Sequence record: MZ501069
Direction: 5' to 3' (one strand)
Source: Escherichia phage FritzSarasin
DNA length: 51,777 nucleotides
The translations under genes were made by a program, and so were the position numbers. The notes beneath the pieces were generated by a model. The model was not told where the DNA came from. It made no database searches and saw only the letters and a list, made by a program, of their open reading frames with translations. This document shows, one piece after another, positions 39,392 to 47,576 of the stretch (positions within the stretch are counted from its first letter, which is position 1; each line of letters starts with the position of its first letter).

Positions 39392-39604
39392 TCATTTCTT
39401 ATTTTTCAGCTTAAATTTATGACCTGGAACACCAGCGCCAATATACCCATCGTTGTATTCCATTAAATAAAGGTGAAGACCATTATCTGAAATTAAATGA
39501 GGATCTTCTTTGATATTTCCCATTAGCGGGTATTCTTTTCCGCGCGTAAATTTCCAAATTGAGTTATAAGTTTCTACGCATTTAAGTTTTAATTGCTTTG
39601 CCAT
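39392..39604 (-). CDS. hypothetical small protein (FxRGxEY motif)
   Basis: 70 aa; contains WKFTRGKEY. Confidence 0.5.
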   Translation of the reverse strand: MAKQLKLKCVETYNSIWKFTRGKEYPLMGNIKEDPHLISDNGLHLYLMEYNDGYIGAGVPGHKFKLKNKK

Positions 39605-39885
39605 TATGCGATCCCAGTTACGTTAAAACTTACAGCCCTTGTTGCGCTAAATACATAAGCATCAACAGCGCCGCCAAATACACGAATTTTACCCTGGCCG
39701 TACTGCGCATTCATATTTCGCCAAACCGTTCTATTAGAGCAGAATGCGCTACCAGTCTTAATAAGCATATCCATCTCTTTTCTTAGATCGCGATAGTCAA
39801 GCCAGAATCTAAAGGCGCGCTGTTTAATTCGCGCCGCCTTGATTTTTTCTCTTGCGCTATTGAAATCATTCTTTTCGTATGCCAT
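39604..39885 (-). CDS. hypothetical protein
   Basis: 93 aa; start overlaps upstream stop. Confidence 0.5.
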   Translation of the reverse strand: MAYEKNDFNSAREKIKAARIKQRAFRFWLDYRDLRKEMDMLIKTGSAFCSNRTVWRNMNAQYGQGKIRVFGGAVDAYVFSATRAVSFNVTGIA

Positions 39886-40082
39886 TAAATGATCTCCATG
39901 TATGTTTCAAAGCCATTTAACTTGAACAGGCCGTTTTCACATTTGCGCACGTTCCAAGTTAGCCCTGAGTGGTACGCCTCCATATCATCAAGGTCAATGG
40001 TGATTTCAGCACCTTTCTTAAATAAACCTTTTTCGTGAGACTTGTCGCGCTTAACAACTTTAACATCAACCTGATTTTCCAT
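39885..40082 (-). CDS. hypothetical small protein (FKKGAE motif)
   Basis: 65 aa; internal repeat GLFKKGAE / GLFKLNGFE. Confidence 0.5.
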   Translation of the reverse strand: MENQVDVKVVKRDKSHEKGLFKKGAEITIDLDDMEAYHSGLTWNVRKCENGLFKLNGFETYMEII

Positions 40083-40137
40083 CTTTAAATCCTCGTTTGT
40101 TGTCGATGCGGTAAATATACCAACTTACCGCATACGA

Positions 40138-40158
40138 CTTTTAACAAAAAGTGCTTTT
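40138..40158 (-). promoter_or_regulatory. conserved promoter-module motif, variant copy (leftward)
   Basis: Minus-strand reading AAAAGCACTTTTTGTTAAAAG + hairpin GCGGTAAGTTGGTATATTTACCGC (TATATT in loop). Confidence 0.55.
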
Positions 40159-40565
40159 TATTCCGTGGTGTCGATAGTGATTGGCCGCAACTCCTGGAGC
40201 GTCACACGATGATCGCGAATAATTGATTCTTTATCTTTCAGGCCATTGTAGCAATTTTGCGCTCTCTCTTTAAATCGGCCTGCATAACAAAGGGTGGCCC
40301 GTCCATTCTCGCGATTCGTTGCAATTACGCGGTAAATAGGCCGTAATTCCTCTTCAAATACTGGTCGGAAAGCGTAACTTTCAAAGCCAGTGCCATAGAA
40401 TCGGTTATCATCGTCACGCGAGATGTAAAGAGGTTCGCGATAATCATCAAGAACATACTCATCGCCATATTTTTCATCGCGCAATACGGCGTATTCAGCG
40501 CCTTTTGTGAAAGTCCATGCGTGACTGGTGTTTTCGCCAATGAATTTAAGAGACTGCGATACCAT
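40158..40565 (-). CDS. hypothetical protein (FTKGAEY motif)
   Basis: 135 aa; contains WTFTKGAEY. Confidence 0.55.
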   Translation of the reverse strand: MVSQSLKFIGENTSHAWTFTKGAEYAVLRDEKYGDEYVLDDYREPLYISRDDDNRFYGTGFESYAFRPVFEEELRPIYRVIATNRENGRATLCYAGRFKERAQNCYNGLKDKESIIRDHRVTLQELRPITIDTTE

Positions 40566-40579
40566 TTTTTGATCTCCTG

Positions 40580-40807
40580 TTAGTAAGTGATTGAAGAAAT
40601 ATCATCAAAGCCCTGGAATTCCGCATTCCATACCAGGAAGTTTGAGAGATTCTCACAACGATACCAGCCGCCGCTCAATTCCATGTATGTAGCATAACCG
40701 CCAGGGATAGCCTTAACAGCGTAGCGCTTATGGTTGCGAGTGATGAAAATCGCAAAACGTTTGTCGTTTGTCTGGTCGATTGCTTTCTGGTTGGCGACTA
40801 CTGACAT
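40580..40807 (-). CDS. hypothetical protein
   Basis: 75 aa; driven by motif module at 40864-40885. Confidence 0.55.
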   Translation of the reverse strand: MSVVANQKAIDQTNDKRFAIFITRNHKRYAVKAIPGGYATYMELSGGWYRCENLSNFLVWNAEFQGFDDISSITY

Positions 40808-40863
40808 TTTGAAAATCCTCTGTTTCGTTTCGATGCGCTTACTATACCAATCAGCAGCGCATC

Positions 40864-40885
40864 GTTTTTAACAAAAAGTGCTATT
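40864..40885 (-). promoter_or_regulatory. conserved promoter-module motif copy (leftward)
   Basis: Minus-strand reading AATAGCACTTTTTGTTAAAAAC + hairpin GATGCGCT...AGCGCATC with TATAGT. Confidence 0.6.
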
Positions 40886-41148
40886 TAGTCCAGGAATTCG
40901 ATTTCACGCTCTCCAGTTAACGGATCCACAAGCCAGAATCCGAGCGCTTCGCCGTGAACACCGCCATAGAATCCAAGAGCCGTCAGATCTTCACCTTTAA
41001 CGAATACCAGGTTTCCGCTACGGCTTACGTGAGACACGTTAACGATAACCGGAAATGTGCGATCCTTAAATGCTGGCCGCAGGGCGTAACACCCGTTATT
41101 GAGCAAACGTGCTTTGCGCTTAACTGGAATAGGTGCATTAATTTTCAT
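40885..41148 (-). CDS. hypothetical protein (FVKGEDL motif)
   Basis: 87 aa. Confidence 0.55.
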   Translation of the reverse strand: MKINAPIPVKRKARLLNNGCYALRPAFKDRTFPVIVNVSHVSRSGNLVFVKGEDLTALGFYGGVHGEALGFWLVDPLTGEREIEFLD

Positions 41149-41160
41149 GGTTATTACTCC

Positions 41161-41586
41161 TTATCGTAAAGATTTAAAGACGTATAGTTTATTGCGGTAA
41201 CTATATATCCGCATTGTTATTTCTCGCAGTGCAATATATTCCTTCCTGTTTTCCGGCAGACTGGCGAGCAATAACAGGCAGTATTTATAAGCGCGGTCAA
41301 GATTCCTTTCCGTGCCCCTGCAATATCCCTTGTTGCGCCTAGAGCGGTACAGCCATAACAATTTCTTGAACATTTCAGATACGCCCATACAGATCACAGA
41401 CTTCGTTGATAAAACAGCGTTGAGACTCTTTATCCTGTTTCTCAAACATCGCACGGCACTCATAGCGGTGATTATGCACGATGACAACAACCATATTTCA
41501 GGCGCTGACGGGTGACGCGCGGAAGCGTCGCAGATTGAAACATCCATACCCATCTCATGTGCTTTCTTGATCACATCCAACATTTT
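41161..41586 (-). CDS. hypothetical protein
   Basis: About 141 aa from ATG 41586 (RBS AGGAG); unusual composition, coding status less certain. Confidence 0.4.
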   Translation of the reverse strand, partial: KMLDVIKKAHEMGMDVSICDASARHPSAPEIWLLSSCIITAMSAVRCLRNRIKSLNAVLSTKSVICMGVSEMFKKLLWLYRSRRNKGYCRGTERNLDRAYKYCLLLLASLPENRKEYIALREITMRIYSYRNKLYVFKSLR

Positions 41587-41837
41587 TTCTTCTCCTGCAA
41601 TAAGCAAACATCATTGATAAAATCAGCACGGCCCTTAATGTTGCTGATGTGGAACGTCTTTTCAGCGTACAGGCCATCACCTTCAATCACGATCATTACG
41701 CGAGTCGGTTTATTCACGGGCGCACACGAAAAGAGTGGTCGCGCCGGAAGAAATTTAGTAGCCACATCCAGGTTAGCCCTGGCGGCCCTGCAAAACGCCT
41801 CCGCCAGATCCAAATCATTTTCGGTAATCACCGCCAT
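41571..41837 (-). CDS. hypothetical protein
   Basis: 88 aa; start overlaps upstream stop. Confidence 0.45.
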   Translation of the reverse strand: MAVITENDLDLAEAFCRAARANLDVATKFLPARPLFSCAPVNKPTRVMIVIEGDGLYAEKTFHISNIKGRADFINDVCLLQEKKKCWM

Positions 41838-42109
41838 TACTTCTTGATCTCCTCACTGATAAATTTCAGCACCTGACGCAAGAAAACCTCGTTGTTGATG
41901 GTCGCTGGCAATTCTTCTTTCACTTCTTGCGGCAGATAGATATTGCCGTGCCAGGTCAAGCAATCGTAGTTGATACGATAAGAGCAAAGCCACTCGCAAT
42001 CGTTATCTGCTTCCCAAATGCAGAGTTGCAGAACATCGCCAAAATCTTCAACAGTCAGATCCAGACCGTGACGCTTAGCGAAGTTGAAAGTGGTTTTGCT
42101 GATGTTCAT
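41837..42109 (-). CDS. hypothetical protein
   Basis: 90 aa; first gene of leftward unit from the 42168 module. Confidence 0.55.
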   Translation of the reverse strand: MNISKTTFNFAKRHGLDLTVEDFGDVLQLCIWEADNDCEWLCSYRINYDCLTWHGNIYLPQEVKEELPATINNEVFLRQVLKFISEEIKK

Positions 42110-42167
42110 TGCTATCTCCTGAGCGGTTCGTTTCGATGTGTGTAATGTACCCGATCAGACGGCCTGA

Positions 42168-42188
42168 GTTTTAACAAAAAGTGCTATT
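42168..42188 (-). promoter_or_regulatory. conserved promoter-module motif copy (leftward)
   Basis: Minus-strand reading AATAGCACTTTTTGTTAAAAC, about 22 nt, TACATT; ATG about 80 nt downstream. Confidence 0.55.
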
Positions 42189-42742
42189 TGACGGTTAGCG
42201 CCAGGATTGTGATCGAAATAATCAAAAGTAATCATTCGTAATCAAATCAAGTCAAAATGATGATTGCCTTTGCAAATTTGATGAGAAAAGTAATCACGTT
42301 TAATCATTGGTTGCAGGGGAGATAGTGAAACCTTCCCCTCTTGCCTCACTTTTTTGCCTGGCTGTCAGTGGTTGTTGTCTTTTGTTCACCCCTGTTACCG
42401 ATTTCAGGCGGCGTGTTTCCGCGCGGTTTTCCGGTGTAGCGAAAACGGAAAAAACAAAGAAAATCCTTTATAATACATTGAAAATAAAGATTATTTATTT
42501 ATATATATCTATAATGTTTTCTTTTTGTTCTCACTGTTACAGTGCTTTTTGTTGGTTATGGTGTGGTTGTGTGTGGGCATATATGGATAGTTGCGCGCGC
42601 GGCGGATTGCATATGTATATATACTTTTTCCGGCGGATTGCGTTAACAGCGTGAACAGAAAAATAACAGCCGTGAAATCAATAACTTGCGCATGATTTTG
42701 TAGTTTTTTGATATTGGTAACGTTTTGAATACAACAAAAACA

Positions 42743-42770
42743 TTGACACGCACCAAATAGCTTTTATAAT
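42743..42770 (+). promoter_or_regulatory. consensus sigma70 promoter (TTGACA-N16-TATAAT)
   Basis: Perfect -35 and -10 hexamers about 30 nt upstream of ATG 42802. Confidence 0.65.
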
Positions 42771-42801
42771 GCGCCAACAGTCAACAACTGGAGGAAAGGA
42801 A

Positions 42802-43266
42802 ATGGAACAGAAGACCACTAAGGACTATTGCGATTGGCTTCGCGAGCTTGGTCGCCGCCTGGCTAGTGGCGATATTGAAGAGTATAAAATGTCACTAATT
42901 GACCTGGCCGGAATGTTAAGCGGTGACGACTGCTACAAGATCACGCGCAGTTCATCCTACAGCCGGACCATTATCAACCGCGTTCCAGAAGTAAGGGCCG
43001 CAGGTCGGGTAAGTATCAAGGTCGAGGAAACGGAAGATGATAAATTTTACGTTTTCCGCATGGTGCGCGAATCGAAAAGGAAAATCATCACACCCGAAGA
43101 ATTGCCAGCCATAAAGGCAAGGGCGATCAAAAAGTTTGCCGATCGCTTACTGGCAGCAATCCCGAACATCGTGGACCTGGAGGGTGATAAACTGGCTGGA
43201 GCTTGTGAGGGCGTAAGCCGCTACCAGGATATGATTCGCGAAATCATCAAAGAGGAGGAGCAATAA
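42802..43266 (+). CDS. hypothetical early protein
   Basis: 154 aa from ATG 42802 (RBS GGAGGAAAGG); track start 42769 lies inside the -10. Confidence 0.55.
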   Translation: MEQKTTKDYCDWLRELGRRLASGDIEEYKMSLIDLAGMLSGDDCYKITRSSSYSRTIINRVPEVRAAGRVSIKVEETEDDKFYVFRMVRESKRKIITPEELPAIKARAIKKFADRLLAAIPNIVDLEGDKLAGACEGVSRYQDMIREIIKEEEQ

Positions 43267-43526
43267 TGAAAAAGGCATTAATCGGCGTTTTGGCGGCAAT
43301 GACACTCCTGACCGGATGCGAAAAGGCATCAGAATCAACGGTTGTCGTAGGCGTGGAGTCAGATTTCAAAGTCGGTCGCCTGTTCACTGTTGACGGATGC
43401 ACAGCATACAGATTCTATGATAACGGTCGCGCGATCTATTACACCAATTGCAAAGGCGCAACGGATAGCACGTACAACAGCGGAAAGAACGTAATGCACC
43501 AGCAAGTCACAACAGATATTAAATAG
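43266..43526 (+). CDS. putative lipoprotein
   Basis: 86 aa; signal peptide with lipobox LLTGC; stop TAG embedded in the next motif copy. Confidence 0.6.
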   Translation: MKKALIGVLAAMTLLTGCEKASESTVVVGVESDFKVGRLFTVDGCTAYRFYDNGRAIYYTNCKGATDSTYNSGKNVMHQQVTTDIK

Positions 43527-43542
43527 CACTTTTTGTTAAAAC
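43522..43542 (+). promoter_or_regulatory. conserved promoter-module motif copy (rightward)
   Basis: AATAGCACTTTTTGTTAAAAC + hairpin GCCAGGCGCAAAGCCTGGC + CATAAT; ATG 77 nt downstream. Confidence 0.6.
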
Positions 43543-43598
43543 GCCAGGCGCAAAGCCTGGCATAATAGCCTCATCGAAACGAGATTGAGGAAACAAAA

Positions 43599-43784
43599 AT
43601 GGCACGTCGCATCACCAAAGACCTTAAAGTCCTGAACAAAGAAAACGTAGTTAAAATCCTAGTTATCTGGGGCTACAACGAAGAAACAGCAAAGCAGAAG
43701 GTAGAGGCGGGTTATGACCTGGCTGTAAAAGCAATGCCAAACGACGACGCCAAAGGCATTGCAAACTATGTAGCTTTCTTTTAA
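43599..43784 (+). CDS. hypothetical small protein
   Basis: 61 aa with RBS GAGG. Confidence 0.5.
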   Translation: MARRITKDLKVLNKENVVKILVIWGYNEETAKQKVEAGYDLAVKAMPNDDAKGIANYVAFF

Positions 43785-43799
43785 TTAGCAGGTGAATAA

Positions 43800-43985
43800 A
43801 TGAAAACGAAATTAGTCCATAAATCAGAAATCAAGATCGGCGATACTGTGATTCACAACGGAGAGCTTAGAACGGTTGGCAAAGAGTCAATAAGCCACGA
43901 TGAATTTATGGGGATCTTGTTGTTCGGTGACTCTTATCGTCTTGGTTACAAGATGGTTGAGCTTGTGGAAGAAGTGAAATTCTAA
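43800..43985 (+). CDS. hypothetical small protein
   Basis: 61 aa; stop TAA embedded in the next motif copy. Confidence 0.5.
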   Translation: MKTKLVHKSEIKIGDTVIHNGELRTVGKESISHDEFMGILLFGDSYRLGYKMVELVEEVKF

Positions 43986-44005
43986 ATAGCACTTTTTGTT
44001 AAAAC
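43985..44005 (+). promoter_or_regulatory. conserved promoter-module motif copy (rightward)
   Basis: AATAGCACTTTTTGTTAAAAC then CCAGGCATAAT. Confidence 0.55.
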
Positions 44006-44084
44006 TCAAAAACGATAACCAGGCATAATAAATCACATAGGGCGGCACGGCGTCGCCCAGTTAAACCAATCAGGAGAAAGCACC

Positions 44085-44978
44085 ATGTTAAAACTTGCTG
44101 ACATTAAATTCCCGATCACCTTCGAATCTCGTGGTGTTGGTCATTACGTTTTTACCGATGAGAAAACATGCCATAACGTTTGGTTGCACAGCGATAAGTT
44201 AAGCCCATCAACAATGGAGATTCAGCACTTTATTGATGCGCATAATCAGCACTACAACTCAATCCGTGACTACGGCTACGCAATGCCAGGCTACACATGC
44301 TTGCACTACAAGCCATATAAGGGCCAGGTGTTACCAGTGCGCTCACCGGAACGTGCAGAGATTCCGATGGTCCACATGAAAACCTGCGACTACAAAAAGC
44401 TGTGGTGCTTAAGTGTGGACAATATCAAGTATCCGATCACGTTCTACACGGTTGGTAATTCAACGATTCGCTTCACATCGCGCGACAATGGCGTTTATAG
44501 CGATGGTACGAAATCAGAGTTGAAAGTTGATTTCTTTGTCAACGGTCACAACAAATTCAATCCGCACAACGAAGAGGATAAAGTGTACTACGTGGAAGAC
44601 ATTACAAAACACTTGTTTGGAGAAACTCCATTCGGCGGCGGAAAGACGTCAATTCAAAAAATCATTGGCGAGGAGATCCACAAAGCGGCTGCCGAAATGA
44701 AAGCGCCTGGAGGCTGGCGTATTGATAAGAGCGCCTTTGCAAATCAAGAAATCGTAACGCAGGGCGCGATTGAAGATATGCCAGTTGCAGCCACGCTAAA
44801 AGGAGTCCGGCTTGATGATGGTGTGTGGTTTGAAGTAACGGCCACACCAAAGACGATCGAGATTCATGATGATGTTGTTATCCTCCTGCTTCACTACGGC
44901 GGCACTAAAAATCGGACTGTTGCAGGTGAGATCAGCATCAAGCGCGGAACGATGGTTAAGTGGAAGGTGAAGATTTGA
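44085..44978 (+). CDS. hypothetical protein with internal tandem repeat
   Basis: 297 aa; N-terminal repeats IKFPITFESRGVGHYVFTDEKT and IKYPITFYTVGNSTIRFTSRDNG. Confidence 0.6.
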   Translation: MLKLADIKFPITFESRGVGHYVFTDEKTCHNVWLHSDKLSPSTMEIQHFIDAHNQHYNSIRDYGYAMPGYTCLHYKPYKGQVLPVRSPERAEIPMVHMKTCDYKKLWCLSVDNIKYPITFYTVGNSTIRFTSRDNGVYSDGTKSELKVDFFVNGHNKFNPHNEEDKVYYVEDITKHLFGETPFGGGKTSIQKIIGEEIHKAAAEMKAPGGWRIDKSAFANQEIVTQGAIEDMPVAATLKGVRLDDGVWFEVTATPKTIEIHDDVVILLLHYGGTKNRTVAGEISIKRGTMVKWKVKI

Positions 44979-45054
44979 GTTTGTTCACTGCGGCGCACGT
45001 CGCCGCATGGATCGGATTGTTTGCCTACCTGTTTAGCTTTTATTGAGGTGAGAG

Positions 45055-45207
45055 ATGGCTACCTGGATTTTGCTGATTCTTATGATTGATGGCGGCGTTG
45101 ACCATATCGAAATGAATAGCCAGCAATCTTGCATTGAGGCACGAGAACAGATCAAGAACGACAACAGGTTTTATGCGTACACTCACACGCTATGTATTAA
45201 GAAATAG
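45055..45207 (+). CDS. putative small membrane peptide (not in ORF track)
   Basis: 50-aa ORF with RBS GAGGTGAGAG; hydrophobic N-terminus; stop TAG embedded in the next motif. Confidence 0.35.
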   Translation: MATWILLILMIDGGVDHIEMNSQQSCIEAREQIKNDNRFYAYTHTLCIKK

Positions 45208-45223
45208 CACTTTTTGTTAAAAC
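45203..45223 (+). promoter_or_regulatory. conserved promoter-module motif copy (rightward)
   Basis: AATAGCACTTTTTGTTAAAAC + GGGGCCAGG TATAAT GGCC; ATG 74 nt downstream. Confidence 0.6.
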
Positions 45224-45276
45224 TCAAATGTGGGGCCAGGTATAATGGCCTCACTTTCAACGAAGGAGATAAAACG

Positions 45277-45507
45277 ATGTACATTAAAAAGAAGATGAAA
45301 TGCGTTTCCGTTAACTATGCTTGCTCTGGTATGTTCAAGCCTGGCGAAATCTATACAGCGCAAAAACTGAAATCATCAACCGGATCTTTTTACGTGAGCA
45401 ATAGTAAGGGGCATCGCATGTTCCTGAACGGCGGCGAAGGCACTAAGGTTATGGCACACGCTATGGTAATGGCTGAATTTGAGGAAGTGAAAGATGAAAA
45501 CAAATAA
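45277..45507 (+). CDS. hypothetical small protein (FKPGEIY motif)
   Basis: 76 aa from ATG 45277 (RBS AAGGAG); track start 45214 lies inside the promoter module. Confidence 0.5.
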   Translation: MYIKKKMKCVSVNYACSGMFKPGEIYTAQKLKSSTGSFYVSNSKGHRMFLNGGEGTKVMAHAMVMAEFEEVKDENK

Positions 45508-45715
45508 TCGCGTCAAGCACAGGTTTACTGATAACCACGGCGACGCGATTGATGTATACAAGTTCGGCGATCGCGTGTTTATTGATGGCACGTTTGAAGG
45601 TGGGCGCAGGCCGGATTTTAGGTCGATACTTACCGTTGACCAAGTGCGCAAGCTGGCAGATAAGTTAAATGATCTGGCAGATGAAATAGAATACAAGCAA
45701 ATCCATTTTAATTGA
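45494..45715 (+). CDS. hypothetical small protein
   Basis: 73 aa; overlaps upstream gene. Confidence 0.5.
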   Translation: MKTNNRVKHRFTDNHGDAIDVYKFGDRVFIDGTFEGGRRPDFRSILTVDQVRKLADKLNDLADEIEYKQIHFN

Positions 45716-45726
45716 TAGGTTTGATA

Positions 45727-46269
45727 ATGAAAAAATACACTTTCGAACTGTGGGGCAAAAAGTACGAATTAATCACCAGCAAGCCGATTGTTATCGTTGA
45801 CCTGGACGGCACACTATCGGACGGATCGCATCGTTTGCATTTGCTGCCAACTGAAAACTTGCACCTTACGGAATCGTGGCGCGAGTTTAACAGGGCCGCC
45901 GCCGGAGATTCACCTATTAAAAGCACTATCGCGGTTATTAACGGTTTATGGGTGTCGGGATTTGCCATCGTCATCTTGACCGGACGCAGCGACGAGGTTC
46001 GCTATGAAACCTGCAAATGGTTGAATGAGAACGGCGTGAAGTTTGACGAAATCATCATGCGCCGCCAGGAGGACAACCGAAAGGATACGGTTATCAAAGA
46101 AGAAGCCTTGCGCGCTATTGGCCTGGACAACATTGTTTGCGCCTTTGACGATTCGCCGAACGTGGTTAAGCACTTCCGCAGCCTGGCAATCACAACCTAT
46201 CAGGTCACGGAATACGACAAGCCGCACGCTCACCTGCAATCTCACGGCGTGGAGGAGTTGCAGAAATGA
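45727..46269 (+). CDS. HAD-superfamily phosphatase (nucleotidase / polynucleotide 3-phosphatase-like)
   Basis: About 180 aa; HAD motif I IVIVDLDGTLSDG, motif II ILTGR, C-terminal FDDS. Confidence 0.6.
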   Translation: MKKYTFELWGKKYELITSKPIVIVDLDGTLSDGSHRLHLLPTENLHLTESWREFNRAAAGDSPIKSTIAVINGLWVSGFAIVILTGRSDEVRYETCKWLNENGVKFDEIIMRRQEDNRKDTVIKEEALRAIGLDNIVCAFDDSPNVVKHFRSLAITTYQVTEYDKPHAHLQSHGVEELQK

Positions 46270-46475
46270 TCCTGAATGTAGCATATGCTAACCCTCGCGG
46301 CTGCAATATATACGGCTTTAAGGTTGGCGCGATGGTCAACGCCAGGATAAACGAAAAAGGCGTATTAGTTGTCAAGTCCCCTAAAACTGGCATGGATATG
46401 CGCATCAAGGAGAACGGCGGAAGATTGTTTATCAGGTCAATATCTGGTCAAACGCTCGCAACGTTCACAAAATAG
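46266..46475 (+). CDS. hypothetical small protein
   Basis: 69 aa; stop TAG embedded in the next motif copy. Confidence 0.5.
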   Translation: MILNVAYANPRGCNIYGFKVGAMVNARINEKGVLVVKSPKTGMDMRIKENGGRLFIRSISGQTLATFTK

Positions 46476-46491
46476 CACTTTTTGCAAAAAC
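46471..46491 (+). promoter_or_regulatory. conserved promoter-module motif copy (rightward)
   Basis: AATAGCACTTTTTGCAAAAAC + hairpin GGGCTTGCGGTATAGTAAGCCC. Confidence 0.6.
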
Positions 46492-46546
46492 AGATTATCG
46501 GGCTTGCGGTATAGTAAGCCCATCGACAACGAAAGAGGAAGCGGCG

Positions 46547-46846
46547 ATGTTAGTACGCAATGCGATTTATAAATTCACAAACGAGATGGGGGTTCACCTT
46601 TACCACGTAAACCATCAAGGCAACACCTCAATCGCGATGTATCGCGACGCTCGCGGGAAGTGTAGGCCTTCTCTGCGTGGCAGAATTTCTCCTGCGTTCT
46701 TCATGTTTAGATGGTATGCAACAGAACAAAGCAACCATAACCATTGGAATAAAGTATTGATTGCAGGAGGCCGAATTGTTGCCAGTCACGTAGTCGATCC
46801 TTGCAAACTAACCAGTCGCCAGCTTCGCAAAATGGCGCGCAAATAG
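46547..46846 (+). CDS. hypothetical protein
   Basis: 99 aa; flanked by near-identical modules at 46471 and 46842. Confidence 0.5.
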   Translation: MLVRNAIYKFTNEMGVHLYHVNHQGNTSIAMYRDARGKCRPSLRGRISPAFFMFRWYATEQSNHNHWNKVLIAGGRIVASHVVDPCKLTSRQLRKMARK

Positions 46847-46861
46847 CACTTTTTGTTAAAA
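46842..46861 (+). promoter_or_regulatory. conserved promoter-module motif copy (rightward)
   Basis: AATAGCACTTTTTGTTAAAA + hairpin CGGCTTGCGGTATAGTAAGCCC. Confidence 0.6.
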
Positions 46862-46917
46862 TCAACTTTACGGCTTGCGGTATAGTAAGCCCATCAACAA
46901 CAAACGAGGATTAAATC

Positions 46918-47181
46918 ATGGCTAACAAGATCGAGTTTTTTAAAGCGGTAGACATTATCGACGGCGCGCCTAGCTTCTTTGCCATCCATTCTATTGACGG
47001 CAAGGATATTGGGTACAACGTTATCCGTCGAGATGGAATCTCAAAACTTAGTGATCTGGTAGGTCATGTTGTGGCAAACGGTAAATGTGCATGGCCCGAT
47101 TCACCGCGAGAGCCACGCCGCCGCGACATGGTAGAGCCTGTTCTGCTTTACACTCTGTTAGTAGAAGGAGAAAATAAATGA
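46918..47181 (+). CDS. hypothetical protein
   Basis: 87 aa with RBS GAGGA. Confidence 0.5.
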   Translation: MANKIEFFKAVDIIDGAPSFFAIHSIDGKDIGYNVIRRDGISKLSDLVGHVVANGKCAWPDSPREPRRRDMVEPVLLYTLLVEGENK

Positions 47182-47363
47182 TTTGGTTACTTGCTTTTTT
47201 GGTTGTTTTTCTTTACATTTCAGGCTTATTCACGTTCCGCGCGTTGGTGAAATATTCTGACACGACAGACAAGGACGATAAAATCGTTCTCGCTTTCTGG
47301 TTTGTTTGGGTGTGGTTAGCAATTTACGAGATCATCAGAGACAAACAGAAATTTGAGTGGTGA
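47178..47363 (+). CDS. putative small membrane protein
   Basis: 61 aa with two hydrophobic helices. Confidence 0.45.
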   Translation: MIWLLAFLVVFLYISGLFTFRALVKYSDTTDKDDKIVLAFWFVWVWLAIYEIIRDKQKFEW

Positions 47364-47423
47364 TTCTTGCTATGGCGCATTCATGCAGTGCGCCATGTTG
47401 AGAAAACCTAAAGGGGGGGGGGA

Positions 47424-47576
47424 ATGATGCGTAACTTTGAAAAAATCATTACCAAAAAGAAGCTTCGCGGGTACGATGAGCATGTGGAGCTTGTGAAAAA
47501 GCAACGCAAGAAGCGCAACGAAGACAAGAAGCGCGGGAAAAAATTTAATGCGATTTTTCGCTATGGAGGAAACTAA
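47424..47576 (+). CDS. putative small basic protein (not in ORF track)
   Basis: 50-aa K/R-rich ORF directly after a G10 homopolymer; stop abuts next ATG. Confidence 0.3.
   Translation: MMRNFEKIITKKKLRGYDEHVELVKKQRKKRNEDKKRGKKFNAIFRYGGN

Noticed and set aside
42769-42801. Track ORF starts extended upstream of the likely real start (42769, also 45214, 16376, 14935, 32292, 23585)
   Set aside because: The extended starts fall inside promoter elements, terminator hairpins or the upstream gene. An internal ATG with a proper RBS at the conserved distance from the module is more plausible in each case.
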